From an uncultured virus (IMG/VR IMGVR_UViG_3300029305_000620) (lineage: Duplodnaviria; Heunggongvirae; Uroviricota; Caudoviricetes): a DNA stretch of 36,813 nucleotides. Of this stretch, positions 15,981 to 26,247 are shown in pieces. The DNA is taken from the IMG/VR virus record IMGVR_UViG_3300029305_000620. One strand, given 5' to 3'. The notes under the pieces were generated by a model. It ran no database searches. It had not been told where the DNA came from and saw only the letters and a program-made list of their open reading frames with translations. A program made the translations under genes and the position numbers. Numbering within the stretch: the stretch's first letter is position 1; each line of letters starts with the position of its first letter.

Positions 15981-16370
15981 TCAAAGAATGCCGACAATGA
16001 TGCTGTCGGAAATACTGTGTCGGCCCGCGGGAGGCAGCTCATTGTTGCCGCGGCGGGCCTCGGTGATGTCCCAGTCAGCGCACAGACAAGCCACAAGGTC
16101 GCCTTTTGTGATCATGGTAGCCGTGGCGACGGTCACATAGCTTCCGTTGCCGTCCTTGATCGAACGTGTGCCAACCTTGTACTTGCATGCAATCGGGACA
16201 TCAGAAACGACGGCTTGCGGCCTCGCCACGCCGCCTATATCTTTTATCAAGCCAAGCGGCTGAACCGTGGCCGTCTCTCCGTCTGTCGAGATCACCTTGC
16301 CGATGTACCCGCAATGCAAGCCCATCAGCTTCTTCTCGATAACGGAATCAAAAAAAGACATGTTGCCCAT
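15981..16370 (-). CDS. Baseplate spike-like protein
   Basis: GKVIS...ATVQPL...DVPI...GDLV...D.DI...RHSISDS pattern; RBS GGAGGTG. Confidence 0.7.
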   Translation of the reverse strand: MGNMSFFDSVIEKKLMGLHCGYIGKVISTDGETATVQPLGLIKDIGGVARPQAVVSDVPIACKYKVGTRSIKDGNGSYVTVATATMITKGDLVACLCADWDITEARRGNNELPPAGRHSISDSIIVGIL

Positions 16371-16384
16371 GTCTCCACCTCCCC

Positions 16385-17314
16385 TTAGTACATTTTCACG
16401 GTGGTAATGGCTCCAGCTGGGGAGAAGCGGTGCTCGCCGCTGCAGACACGGTAGGTGCCGTTCGCGTCTTTGCTCGCCAGATTGACGATGCCACCGGCGC
16501 ACATGCGATGCTGCAGCAGCATCTCCACCTCGTAGCCTTCCACCGTTTCCGTGAAGTCCTCGGCAGTGATTTCTTCTTCGTAAGAGCCAGGGGAGCCAAT
16601 CATGCCGGTATCAACTGATACCTCAAAATTCAGGTTGTCGCCCTCTTTGATGTGCCGGGCGTAGATTTTGCCCTTGCTCACATAGACGGAGATCCCGCAG
16701 ACATCCGCGTACTGCTTGATGTTCTGCATCAGATCGCCGTCCACGGTCTGCCCGTCTTTGTAGGTGTGGTCACGCCGCGGATTAAACACAGCCACCGGGA
16801 TGCCGGTCTTGCCGATCAGCTCCTTCAGGATGTAGCTGGCCTTGGTGCCAGCTGCATAGGTGATGCTCTCAATGGTGTGGTCTTTGATGTCGTCCATCGC
16901 ATAGATGGTCGTCACCTTGTCCACGCCCTCGCGGGTCGTCTTGACCTTGGAGATGTACCCGCTGAAAAGCACGCCTGTATCGCCTTTGTAACCTGCCTCG
17001 ACGGAGATGGCATCGCCTTTTTTGAACTGTTTGATTGTGTTATTGGACAGGTTGTAGACGACGATCTCCGCCTCGTTGGGCTCCATATCATCGTCGAATG
17101 GCACGGTGAACTCCACGTCCAGCTTCTCGGAATCAATCGTCACCTGACTGCTTCTCACAATCGCCACACTGCCGAATACGCCATCCGGGAGGATGTCAAA
17201 CGGCTCCTTCCATGCATCGAAGGCCATGACAACCGCTGAGGTCAGCGGGTTGTCATGGCTCTGCATGATGGCTTTGGAGGCATTATCATTCATCGGATTC
17301 ACCGCCCTCGCCAT
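16385..17314 (-). CDS. Baseplate hub protein
   Basis: AEIVVYNLS...EAGY...LFSG.I pattern; position. Confidence 0.75.
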   Translation of the reverse strand: MARAVNPMNDNASKAIMQSHDNPLTSAVVMAFDAWKEPFDILPDGVFGSVAIVRSSQVTIDSEKLDVEFTVPFDDDMEPNEAEIVVYNLSNNTIKQFKKGDAISVEAGYKGDTGVLFSGYISKVKTTREGVDKVTTIYAMDDIKDHTIESITYAAGTKASYILKELIGKTGIPVAVFNPRRDHTYKDGQTVDGDLMQNIKQYADVCGISVYVSKGKIYARHIKEGDNLNFEVSVDTGMIGSPGSYEEEITAEDFTETVEGYEVEMLLQHRMCAGGIVNLASKDANGTYRVCSGEHRFSPAGAITTVKMY

Positions 17315-17627
17315 TGGCTACAATCAGCAGCACCGTGCGGCCCAGGTTGTCAAAGGTGACGGCATTGCTCTCGCCGCTGGGGTCTTTCGGGATGATCTCC
17401 AGGGCAGGGAAAATACCCGCCCGGCGCACGTCAGCCCAAAGCGGCCTGCCGTACACAATCGGCTCACCGGCACAGAGCAGCTCTCCCTCCCGGTAAAGGT
17501 CAACCGTGAACAGGTCAGCCGTCGCATTGTGGTTGAAGCGCAATGTAAATATCTCGCCAGCGAGCTGGATGTTGCACACATAGGGCAACAGCTCTTTTTT
17601 GATTTCCAATACATCCGGCGCGGTCAT
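17286..17627 (-). CDS. Baseplate-associated (plug-like) protein
   Basis: Size, position and FTLRFNHN...FTVDLY...GEPIVYG pattern. Confidence 0.65.
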   Translation of the reverse strand: MTAPDVLEIKKELLPYVCNIQLAGEIFTLRFNHNATADLFTVDLYREGELLCAGEPIVYGRPLWADVRRAGIFPALEIIPKDPSGESNAVTFDNLGRTVLLIVANGEGGESDE

Positions 17628-17639
17628 TTACATTCCCCC

Positions 17640-18539
17640 TTATTTTTTGTAACCCATCAGCAGATAAGCACCGACCTTCAACGTGGTGGCAACGCCCTGC
17701 TTGGTAAAAGCGTTCGGGTTGTTGATCATCACCGTGGAGATGCGCGGCTGCGGGGTCAGGTGCTTGTACTGTGCGCACAGCGCGGATACTGTGTCACCAC
17801 TGACCACATGGTGGTAGATCGGGTACCCTTCGTCGCTGGTATTGCTGCCGCTGGTATTCTTGCCGCTGGTCACCTGCTGCGTTCCGGCGTTGGTGGTGCC
17901 GTTGGTGCTGGTTGAGGAGGTACCTTCGATGTTGGCCTTGTCAACCCAGCCGTACACCTTGCCGCCGTCGGTGGAAATCAGATGATACTGATGAACAGAC
18001 CAGGTGCTTGTGTTGATCTTGGTGCATTCGCAGGTGGAGCGTCCGCGTGTAGCTGCCGCCTTCTTCGCGTCAGAGGAAACATACACGCTGCCGCCCTTGA
18101 ACACGACGATGGAGCCCACCGTGATCTCCACGTTCTGCTTGGCAGCTTCCTCTTTTTCCTTTTCGCTTTCCTTCTTGGGAACGTATGCGCTTTTTGCGAT
18201 GCGTACCTGAGTCAGCGTCATGGAGAAATCAGCGCCGCCGTAGTTGGTGTACGGGTGCGAAGTCTGGAAAGACTTGATCTGGAAGGAGTCTGCGATGTTC
18301 CTGCCGTGATACTGGACAAGCGCACCGGATGCCTGCCATGACCTCAGCTTTGACAGCACCTGCACTGCCTTTACGTCGTCATAGTCCACGATCTTGCCGG
18401 TGAGTGAGATGGAAAGGCCCCTCGCCTTCACCGTGTCCGAGGTTGGCATGCCTTCCTCGACGGGGTGGGAGGTCGATTCGACCTCCCGCTCCGCACTCTC
18501 GTCAATCACATGCACATAGAGACCATTGATAATCGCCAT
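17640..18539 (-). CDS. Tail tube initiator/Dit-like protein with C-terminal LysM
   Basis: TSHPVEEG N-terminal motif; HHVVSGDTVSALCAQY...LKVG LysM-like end. Confidence 0.75.
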   Translation of the reverse strand: MAIINGLYVHVIDESAEREVESTSHPVEEGMPTSDTVKARGLSISLTGKIVDYDDVKAVQVLSKLRSWQASGALVQYHGRNIADSFQIKSFQTSHPYTNYGGADFSMTLTQVRIAKSAYVPKKESEKEKEEAAKQNVEITVGSIVVFKGGSVYVSSDAKKAAATRGRSTCECTKINTSTWSVHQYHLISTDGGKVYGWVDKANIEGTSSTSTNGTTNAGTQQVTSGKNTSGSNTSDEGYPIYHHVVSGDTVSALCAQYKHLTPQPRISTVMINNPNAFTKQGVATTLKVGAYLLMGYKK

Positions 18540-18541
18540 GC

Positions 18542-21500
18542 TTAGGCCTCCTTTGTCACAGTGGTTTTACGCTCCAAGCTCTCGAAGAACTCGTTCATGG
18601 CATCGTTCACCCACTGCTTGACCTTCCGGGCCGTCGTCCTGTCATCCTGCGTGCCGCTGATGGTCAGGTTGAAGGTCGGAGAAATAGTCGTGGTTTCGGT
18701 GCTGGTACGGCTGTTGTAGACCGTGCTGCTGTCCGTATCCGGGCTGTAGTGGCTGGTGTACGGGATGGAAGCATCGGCCATGGAGCGCGCCGTGTCCTGC
18801 AGCTGCGGGATCGTGCTCTGCATGCCCAGGTCGTAGCCTTCGCCGACGAACTGGCCCGACTTCATCGTCTTGCGCGACGGGCTGTTGATGTCCAGCTCAA
18901 CGTCGAAGGCGCTCTGGATGTCAGCAGCGATGGATGCCGCCGTCGCAACCAGGGTCGAGCGCATGGATTCCATACCGCTGTCAACGCCCTGCATGATGGC
19001 CTGGCCGGAGGAGAACATAGTCAACGCCGTGGTGTTCATCAGGATGACGATCTCACCCAGGCGATCAGAGAACTTGCCCTTCACCTCGGTCAGTTTGGTG
19101 TCCGCCGTCGTGACCAGGTTGGCCAGGGCCGTGCCAACGGAGCTGTCAAGAGAGGACAGCGTGTCAGGCAGGTCGCCTGCTGTGCCCAGCTTGTCAAAGA
19201 GCGTGCCCAGCTTCGAGGTGTCCAGGCCGTTCACCGTGTCGAAGAAGGTCTTGGCGTTGGTAGCAAAGCCAGACAGGCCAGTACCCATGCTTTCCATGGC
19301 ACTCGCGCCCAGGCCCAGGAAGCCGGTGCCCTTCGTTGCATCGGTGTCGATCTTGACGCTGTTCAGGGTGTCGAACAGGTTCTTGATGGGCGAGAAGTCC
19401 GTCCTGCCGCCAAGGTTGGAGAAGAAGGTTGCGATGTGCGTCGCAATGCCAGGAAGCGCAGAGGCCACGTTGGTCAGGGTTTCGCTTTCGGTGCCGGTGA
19501 ACCAGTCGAAGAAACCGCCTTCCTTGGGCAGGCCCTTGATGTCAGCCAGCGCATTGAACAGGTTGGTCATGGCCGTGAAGCCAGTCGCCGGGATGTTCTG
19601 AATTTTCGCAATCGCGCTCAGGAACTCGTCACTTGCAAGGGCCACCAGGCCGGAGGCAATCTTGCTGAAGTTGATGTCGCCCATGAGCCAGCCCTTCACG
19701 CCGCCGTCAGTGGGAAGCCCCTTGATGCCGGCCAGGGCGTTGAACAGGCTGGTCATTTTGCCGAAGGATTCATCCGGGATGTCCTTGACCGTCGTGAAGA
19801 AGGTCTTCGCGTTGGTCGCGAAATCGGACAGCTTCGTGCCAAGGCCGGCATAGTCAACCTCGCCGAAGAAGAAGCTGCTGACGTTCTCGCTCACCAGCGC
19901 GCCAATCAGAGCACCGAGGGCTGATGCAAAGTCGCTGATGCCCTGGGTCTTGGCGCTGCCGAAGGTTTCAAGGGCAGGAGCTATTTTTTCAGCGAATGTG
20001 GAAATGTTCGCGCCGATGTCCGGCAGACCGTCGGAAAGGCCCGCCAGCGCACCGCCGATGAGGTTGCCCGCCATGTCGCCGATGATGTTGCACAGGTTGG
20101 TCAGCATCTCGCCGCCGTCTGCAATGAACTCATCAATGCCATCAATGCGGGAGAGTGCACCAAAGGCCAGCACAACCGCTTCCATGCCGCCCAGAGCAAG
20201 AGCAATCACGCCCATGCCGTTTGCTGCGGTGGCGACGTTGGCGAAGGTGCCGACGATGGCAACAAAGGACACAAACGCCGCGCCGACCAGGGCGATCTCC
20301 TCAATGATGCCGCAAAGCTGCTTCATCGCATCGCCGCCGCCGGAGATGAAGTCGGAGTACCCGTCAATCAGGGCCAGCGCACCAAAGGCCGCGACGATGG
20401 CTTCCATGCCAAGCAGAGCAATGGCGATGTCACCGATGCCGACTGCCGCATCCTTGATGTTCACGTTCTTGCCAACGAGGCCCACAAAACCAACGAAAGC
20501 CGCGCCCACAAGGCCGATGTCGCCGATGATGCCGCAGAGCTGCCCAAGGGCTTCTCCGCCGCCAGCCATGAACTCGTCATATCCATCAATCTTTTGCAGC
20601 GCACCAAAGGCCGCGACGACAAGGCCGATGCCTGCAATGGCCACAGCAATGCCGCCCATAGCCGTCAGCATGCTCTTGGCGTTAAATGCTCCGCCGGTGC
20701 CGCTGCCGCCCGAATCGCCGCCGAACAGGCCGGTGATGCCCTTGACCTTGTTGAACAGCTTTATCGCAACGACAAGGCCCAGCGCAACAGGGGTGAGGTT
20801 CTTGATCAGCTCTGTGTTTTCGCTGATGAGCGTCTTCATCTTCCCGAAGAACGTCTCCACCTTTTCGATACCGGGCACATCGCCGAACGCCTCAGAAATG
20901 CCGTCCCACACCTCAGAAAGGATGCCGGGCATTTCGCCTACAAGCGTGCCGATGATGTCAGGCATGGCCACGATCAGGCCCTTCACGAGCGCCGTCGCCG
21001 CCTTGATCAGCGGAGGCAGCAGCGTCTCGACAATGAGGGGCATGTTCTCCTCGATCAGAGGGCAGATTTCCTCAATCAGGGAGCCAACGCCGCCCAGCGA
21101 TTTCACCAGGGCTGGCATCAGGTTTTTCATGAAGGTCGTGGCAGATGTGACCAGGTTGTCGATGGAGCGGTCAAGATCATCGCCGCCCAGGATCAGGCTC
21201 GTCAGGGTGTTGCCCCATGCAGCCTTCATGGCATTCGCGGAGCCGGTGATGGTCTTCTCCGCTTCCTCTGCCGTGGTGCCGGTGATGCCCATGTTCTCCT
21301 GGATGGCGTGGATCGCGGAGATCACGTCCGAGAACGAGGACAGGCTATACTTGACACCGGTGAGCTTCTGCGCGTCTTTGAGAAGGCGGTTCAGCTCCTC
21401 CTTGGTGCCGCCATAGCCGAGTTTGAGATTGTCCAGCATGGCATAGTTGCCGCGGGACAGGCTCTGGTATGTGCCGATCAGAGTCTCCATGTCCGAGCCC

Positions 21501-22180
21501 ATCTTATTGGCGTTATCGGACATATCGGTGATGGCCATATTGGTGATGGCAGCCGCCTTCGCGGTGTCACCGCCCAGGGATTGGATCAGGGACGCGGAGA
21601 AGGACGTGGCCGTCTCCATATATGTGTTTTCGGATACGCCTGCGGTTTTCCAGGCATCGCTCGCATACTTTTGAACGGTGCCAGCGCTATCCTTGAAAAG
21701 CGTCTCAACGCCGCCGACGAGCTGCTCATAGTCCGCATAGCCGGTGATGGCCTTGGTGACAAGCGCGCCCACGCCAGCCACACCGGCGACGATGCCCTTG
21801 GCGAGCATCTTGCCCGCCTGGATGCCGACGTTCTTGAGCTGCGTGCCGATGTTCTTCAGGCCGGAGACGGTCTTATTGAACTTCGCATCGCCGATTTTTT
21901 TCAGCTCTTTATAAGCATCCTCGCCCTTTTCGTCGGTGTCCTTCAGGGCCTTTACGGTATCGTCCAGGCCGTCCGACTTGATGCCGTTGACGTTATCCTT
22001 GACTCCCTCAAGCCCCTTTGCGGCCTTTTTGCTCTCCTTGATAAGCTCATCGAAAGCATCATCACCCATGCCGCCGGTCAGCATTGCTTTCGTTTCGTCA
22101 AGCGTGTCGGTGAACTTGTTTAGCTCGCCCCAATCGACATCGAAGCCGAGCTTAACAACGTCTTCGCGTACTGTCGCCAT
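18542..22180 (-). CDS. Tape measure protein
   Basis: 1212 aa; YEQLVGGVETLF, DMSDNANKMG, MLDNLKLGYGGTKEE motifs; hydrophobic repeats; INSPSR. Confidence 0.95.
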   Translation of the reverse strand: MATVREDVVKLGFDVDWGELNKFTDTLDETKAMLTGGMGDDAFDELIKESKKAAKGLEGVKDNVNGIKSDGLDDTVKALKDTDEKGEDAYKELKKIGDAKFNKTVSGLKNIGTQLKNVGIQAGKMLAKGIVAGVAGVGALVTKAITGYADYEQLVGGVETLFKDSAGTVQKYASDAWKTAGVSENTYMETATSFSASLIQSLGGDTAKAAAITNMAITDMSDNANKMGSDMETLIGTYQSLSRGNYAMLDNLKLGYGGTKEELNRLLKDAQKLTGVKYSLSSFSDVISAIHAIQENMGITGTTAEEAEKTITGSANAMKAAWGNTLTSLILGGDDLDRSIDNLVTSATTFMKNLMPALVKSLGGVGSLIEEICPLIEENMPLIVETLLPPLIKAATALVKGLIVAMPDIIGTLVGEMPGILSEVWDGISEAFGDVPGIEKVETFFGKMKTLISENTELIKNLTPVALGLVVAIKLFNKVKGITGLFGGDSGGSGTGGAFNAKSMLTAMGGIAVAIAGIGLVVAAFGALQKIDGYDEFMAGGGEALGQLCGIIGDIGLVGAAFVGFVGLVGKNVNIKDAAVGIGDIAIALLGMEAIVAAFGALALIDGYSDFISGGGDAMKQLCGIIEEIALVGAAFVSFVAIVGTFANVATAANGMGVIALALGGMEAVVLAFGALSRIDGIDEFIADGGEMLTNLCNIIGDMAGNLIGGALAGLSDGLPDIGANISTFAEKIAPALETFGSAKTQGISDFASALGALIGALVSENVSSFFFGEVDYAGLGTKLSDFATNAKTFFTTVKDIPDESFGKMTSLFNALAGIKGLPTDGGVKGWLMGDINFSKIASGLVALASDEFLSAIAKIQNIPATGFTAMTNLFNALADIKGLPKEGGFFDWFTGTESETLTNVASALPGIATHIATFFSNLGGRTDFSPIKNLFDTLNSVKIDTDATKGTGFLGLGASAMESMGTGLSGFATNAKTFFDTVNGLDTSKLGTLFDKLGTAGDLPDTLSSLDSSVGTALANLVTTADTKLTEVKGKFSDRLGEIVILMNTTALTMFSSGQAIMQGVDSGMESMRSTLVATAASIAADIQSAFDVELDINSPSRKTMKSGQFVGEGYDLGMQSTIPQLQDTARSMADASIPYTSHYSPDTDSSTVYNSRTSTETTTISPTFNLTISGTQDDRTTARKVKQWVNDAMNEFFESLERKTTVTKEA

Positions 22181-22231
22181 AGTAAATCCCCCCTTTGCTC
22201 GCGGGAAAAGAAAGGAAGCGGCAGGCCATGC

Positions 22232-22438
22232 CTACCGCTTCCGCTTCGCCGCGCGTTTTTCCGCCTCAATCTGCATATCCAAGGCGATGTTTGCCTCATC
22301 TACATCCTGGGGCGACATGAAGGGCTTACCAAACACTGTCTCGAAAGAGAAGCCCCTGTCGGACAGTACAAGCCGCCACAAGTTCCAGTTACTTTTTGCT
22401 CGCTTTTTCAGCTGCGCCGGAGTTAGCTTCGTTTCGAA
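22232..22438 (-). CDS. Frameshift extension of tail assembly chaperone (+1 frame)
   Basis: Open +1 frame FETKLTPAQLKKRAKSNWNLWRLVLSD...ANIALDMQIEAEKRAAKRKR starting at TTT_CGA. Confidence 0.6.
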   Translation of the reverse strand, partial: FETKLTPAQLKKRAKSNWNLWRLVLSDRGFSFETVFGKPFMSPQDVDEANIALDMQIEAEKRAAKRKR

Positions 22439-22703
22439 ACTTACCCTGCATCACCTTGCGAGCGAAAGCAATGACCTCGTTGAACTCGTCGATGTCCTCG
22501 AAGTCGTCAACGGTCAGGTTCTTGGGTTCGACGATGATGTGCTTGAAAAGGTAATCTGCCATCTTTTCCATGCTGGTGTTGCCCGTGCCCTCGATGTAGG
22601 AAGAGTCCACCGCCTTGAGAGAAACGGACAGGCCCCCAAACTGGGCGATGTACTTCTTGCCGTTGATTTCCTTTTCCACCTGATAGAACTTGTTGTCAGC
22701 CAT
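22389..22703 (-). CDS. Tail assembly chaperone
   Basis: Between tube and tape measure; RBS GAGGAGG before MADNKF. Confidence 0.8.
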   Translation of the reverse strand: MADNKFYQVEKEINGKKYIAQFGGLSVSLKAVDSSYIEGTGNTSMEKMADYLFKHIIVEPKNLTVDDFEDIDEFNEVIAFARKVMQGKFRNEANSGAAEKASKK

Positions 22704-22776
22704 TTTGATATTCCTCCTCATATTTTAGGTCAAAGTAGAAAGCCGGGAGCGGTCATCGCCCCCGGCTGTATTGGAC

Positions 22777-23175
22777 TTAGGCAGTCGCCTCGACATCGTA
22801 GTCGAAGACCTGGAACACGAACTCCATGTCCTCGGCCTCAGCGCCGCGATCCATAGAGGGCCACTTGAGCATGCGGGCCTTGGTGCCGCCGAAGCGCTCA
22901 CCCAGCTTCTTGTTCACGCACCACACAGGGAAGGCTTCCTTGCGCTTGGCCAGATTCAGCAGGAAGGCCTTCTGGGGGCTGGTGACCTGGATGTAGATGG
23001 TCACGGTGCCCAGGGAGTTGTTGATCTCGCTGGCAACATGGTCACCCTGCGCGCCGGTGGAGACGGAGAAGAAGTCCTCGTCCTTCTCACCGCTGATCAT
23101 GTCCTCGCCCAGGCCGGTGATGTAGGTGTTGTCCACGATGACGGTCGTGTCTTTCGCGTCATACTGAGTATACAT
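22777..23175 (-). CDS. Tail tube protein (DUF3277-like)
   Basis: YDAKD...ITGLGED...GAQG...GTVTI..Q.TSP pattern; follows sheath. Confidence 0.85.
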   Translation of the reverse strand: MYTQYDAKDTTVIVDNTYITGLGEDMISGEKDEDFFSVSTGAQGDHVASEINNSLGTVTIYIQVTSPQKAFLLNLAKRKEAFPVWCVNKKLGERFGGTKARMLKWPSMDRGAEAEDMEFVFQVFDYDVEATA

Positions 23176-23189
23176 AGCGTTTTACCTCC

Positions 23190-24197
23190 TTACACGGTGA
23201 TGCTGCCGGTAACTTCGACAGTGTGGATGGCACCAGCCAGCGCGAAGCCGAACTTGCCGCCGATGTACTTGCGGTTGGCGCGGTCTTCGGCCTTGGTGTC
23301 CTCGCGCAGCGCGTAGTCCACCCAGTAGCCGGGGGTGCCGTCCTCGTTGGTGATGATCATGCCGTTGTTGTAGGCATCCTGCAGCACGTCCTTCGCCACG
23401 CTTTCCAGCATCGCGATGCCGTTGTTGTCGTAGGAAACCTTGGCGGCGTTGTTCAGCACCTTCTGCGTGCGGTAGGCCAGCTGCTGGATGATGTAATCCT
23501 CGCAGTCGATCACGTCGATGTACTCGCCGCCGCCAACCTTGCCCTCGCTGGTCACGTTGTTGCCAGCCTTGGCGACAAAGGTGATGCCGCCCTTCGCATG
23601 GATGGCCTCGATCTCAGCATCGGACAGATCCTGCGCGGCAATGCCGGACAGAATCATGTTCTTGTAGGTGAAGCTGCCGGCAGCACGGCCAGCGGTAGCG
23701 CCCACCAGCGCGGCGACGGGAACGGGAACGTCCGCAGTCGCATCGCAGTAGAACAGCACGGTGCGGCGAAGGCCGGAAGCGGTGATGTTGACGCTGCTGT
23801 CCACATCCAGATCGGCGAAGTACATCTTGCCCTCCATGCCCTCAACCAGTGTGCTGATGGGTACGCAGCCAGTGCTGGTGTCGCCGTCAGAAACGACGAT
23901 CAGCTGCCGCCAGCCCTTGGAAACCAGAGCAGAATCAGCGAGGGCGGTGGACGCAGCATCACTCACTGCGCGGATGGCGATGGTCTTGGGAGCGTTCGCC
24001 TGGCCGAACAGCAGCGCCGCGGCCTTGTACGCCTTGCTGGTGTTGGCAATGCCAGCTTCCAGGAGCTCATCGAGGCCGGTAACCTCGGTGTAGGCGACCT
24101 CATTCTCAGCGTTTTCCAGCAGGATCAGAGGCACACCGAAGCCCAGCTGGCCAATCGGCTTGGCAAGGTCAATGTTTACCTTCACGTCATAAGCCAT
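23190..24197 (-). CDS. Tail sheath protein (DUF3383-like)
   Basis: GSFTYK, GEYIDVI, KVSYDNNGI, LAGAIH.V motifs. Confidence 0.85.
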   Translation of the reverse strand: MAYDVKVNIDLAKPIGQLGFGVPLILLENAENEVAYTEVTGLDELLEAGIANTSKAYKAAALLFGQANAPKTIAIRAVSDAASTALADSALVSKGWRQLIVVSDGDTSTGCVPISTLVEGMEGKMYFADLDVDSSVNITASGLRRTVLFYCDATADVPVPVAALVGATAGRAAGSFTYKNMILSGIAAQDLSDAEIEAIHAKGGITFVAKAGNNVTSEGKVGGGEYIDVIDCEDYIIQQLAYRTQKVLNNAAKVSYDNNGIAMLESVAKDVLQDAYNNGMIITNEDGTPGYWVDYALREDTKAEDRANRKYIGGKFGFALAGAIHTVEVTGSITV

Positions 24198-24200
24198 GTT

Positions 24201-24698
24201 TTATTCCTCCTTGATAACCAGTTTGTTGGAGACTTGTACTTTTTCGATGGTACCCGTCCCGCTATCGGACGGGTTTTGCACTTCATCGCAAACAGAAAAG
24301 ACAACATCGAAGCCGCATTTCCTCTCGTACTCAACGGTCAGCATGTTGTCCCTGTTTGTGATGTCGGTTACTTTTTGCACGATGATGCCGTGCTCAGACA
24401 GCCACAGGCGGCCCGTGTGGGTGAACCACTCCCGCGCCTTGGAGGCATACTTGACGCTTTCGTCGTAGTCGGCAGCGAGGAACGAAAAGCTCCAGATGCT
24501 CTGCATCCACAGACGGTCGATGCCATCCTCGTGCTGCTGCCATGTTCCATTGTTCGCCTTTGCGGGCGTGGTTGCCTTGGCCGTTCCGTAGGGATAGGCA
24601 GGAGCCCTTGCTGTCTGGTCACCGTGGATCACCAGGATGCCGAGGTAGCTGTTCAGCCCCGTCAGCACATCCGTCCGCATCGCCTTGAAGTCAAGCAC
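24201..24698 (-). CDS. Neck/tail terminator protein
   Basis: GTG start after GGAGGTG; PAYPY motif; position before sheath. Confidence 0.7.
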   Translation of the reverse strand: MLDFKAMRTDVLTGLNSYLGILVIHGDQTARAPAYPYGTAKATTPAKANNGTWQQHEDGIDRLWMQSIWSFSFLAADYDESVKYASKAREWFTHTGRLWLSEHGIIVQKVTDITNRDNMLTVEYERKCGFDVVFSVCDEVQNPSDSGTGTIEKVQVSNKLVIKEE

Positions 24699-25131
24699 CG
24701 GAGCCACCTCCTTCGTCGCAATGCATGCCCAGCCGCGAGTTGCCAATCAGGCCCATGCCCAGCGCAACGCCACCCTCGAATGCGCTGACATGCCGCAGGA
24801 AGTAGCTGTACACGCCCGTAAACTCAGCATTCTCGTGCTCAGATTCGACCATGTACTTGTGGCCGTTGTAGACCACCTCAGCGCCTACAAGGGCCTGGGG
24901 AAGCGGCTGCTGCATGAACAGCCGCCTGTCCTGCCGGGTGATCTTACCCTCAGAGCGGAATACCTTGCTTTCCTTGAAGGCGATGATCGCGCCCTTGTAT
25001 TCGGTGCGCGTCTCCGCGCCGTCCTGCCAGTCGCCAGCCTCATCATAGCCGCCGCCCGTGTGGGTGATGGCCGTGAATGTGTTGGAGAAGTCCAGGATCA
25101 GGCCGGAAAAATCAAAGTATTGTCTGCTCAT
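24691..25131 (-). CDS. Head closure/adaptor protein
   Basis: GGYDEAGDW motif; neck-module position. Confidence 0.65.
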   Translation of the reverse strand: MSRQYFDFSGLILDFSNTFTAITHTGGGYDEAGDWQDGAETRTEYKGAIIAFKESKVFRSEGKITRQDRRLFMQQPLPQALVGAEVVYNGHKYMVESEHENAEFTGVYSYFLRHVSAFEGGVALGMGLIGNSRLGMHCDEGGGSGA

Positions 25132-25640
25132 CAGGCTTTCCTCCAGGTGATACCTTGTTCGATCATGTCGCCGGTGCTCACCAGCGGGTTGCTGCTGCCC
25201 TTGTTGTCGATGGTGAAGGGATGGTTGGCGGGGTTTTTCAGGTCGATGGCGTAGTCCTTGATGATGTCGACGAGCTCCATGCCCACCGCATCAAAGAACG
25301 CCTCTACGTCCAGCTTCCCCGCGGCCACGTCCGCCATGAGCAGCTGCGCGTGCTGCATCACTTGCTTGCTCCCTGCGTCGTAACCGGCGCGTAGGAAGGA
25401 TCGCTCAGGGATGTGGATGTGGGTGGTGCTGTCTTTGAGATGCAGCCCCTGCCCGTGCAGGTAAGCCCGCATGGCCGGGGTGACCACAATGTCCAGGCCG
25501 TACTCATGGATAGGGGCAAGCCACGCATGCTCACCCTTGAATACGCCCACTTCCACCGCCTTGCCAGCGATGGCCTGCATCCGCTTCACCATGCTGGGGA
25601 AGCCGTTCTTGGTTGTCTTCCATCTTGCCGTTACGCCCAC
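25131..25640 (-). CDS. Neck/tail-completion protein
   Basis: A.IHEYG, IPERSFLR, KGSSNPLV.TG motifs. Confidence 0.75.
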   Translation of the reverse strand: MGVTARWKTTKNGFPSMVKRMQAIAGKAVEVGVFKGEHAWLAPIHEYGLDIVVTPAMRAYLHGQGLHLKDSTTHIHIPERSFLRAGYDAGSKQVMQHAQLLMADVAAGKLDVEAFFDAVGMELVDIIKDYAIDLKNPANHPFTIDNKGSSNPLVSTGDMIEQGITWRKA

Positions 25641-25641
25641 G

Positions 25642-25995
25642 TCACCACCGCCTCTTGGCAGGGAACACGCGCACGGTAGACTTGAGGTAGTCGCCCAGCA
25701 GGGAATGGGCGAGCTGCCAGAGCGCCGCGGACTTGCCCGTCGTGTTGAACGACATGCTCAGTCCTTCGATGCTCTGGCTTGCCACGCCCTCCCGCAGGCT
25801 CATCGCCTCGGAATACTTGAGCACGAACAGCTTTGCACATGCAGGAAGCGCCTTGATACTCTCCGCGTCGTCCTTGGAGAATGTCAGCGTGGTGTGCTCC
25901 AACATCCAGTCAAGGGCCGCTTCCGCCTGCAGCAGGGCCACCGCGTCTCCGGTGACAGGGATGTCCGCGTTTTTCAGGATGTCAGCGTTCATCAC
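25642..25995 (-). CDS. Head-tail connector protein
   Basis: GVASQSIEGLSMSF motif; position after capsid. Confidence 0.7.
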   Translation of the reverse strand: MMNADILKNADIPVTGDAVALLQAEAALDWMLEHTTLTFSKDDAESIKALPACAKLFVLKYSEAMSLREGVASQSIEGLSMSFNTTGKSAALWQLAHSLLGDYLKSTVRVFPAKRRW

Positions 25996-26210
25996 GCATC
26001 ACCCTTTTTGCGGCGTTTGGTGGCCTTCTCAGGGGCCTCTGCCTTTTCTTCGACAGTTGCTCCGTCTTCCACCTCAGCGGGCTCCTGTGCCGCGTCTGCG
26101 GGCTCCTGTGCCGCTTCCTCGGTGACTTCAACCTCAGCGGGCTCAGGGATTTCAGCACCAGGGGGATAATACTTGCCGTTGTACTTCACGGCATAGCCAA
26201 ACTTGGGCAT
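25992..26210 (-). CDS. Small post-capsid protein
   Basis: VKYNGKYYPPGAEI motif, acidic repeat linker, basic tail; RBS AAAGGAGG. Confidence 0.7.
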   Translation of the reverse strand: MPKFGYAVKYNGKYYPPGAEIPEPAEVEVTEEAAQEPADAAQEPAEVEDGATVEEKAEAPEKATKRRKKGDA

Positions 26211-26247
26211 GTCAGCGCCCTCCTTTCATGTGGTTGTTCGCTTCCGC

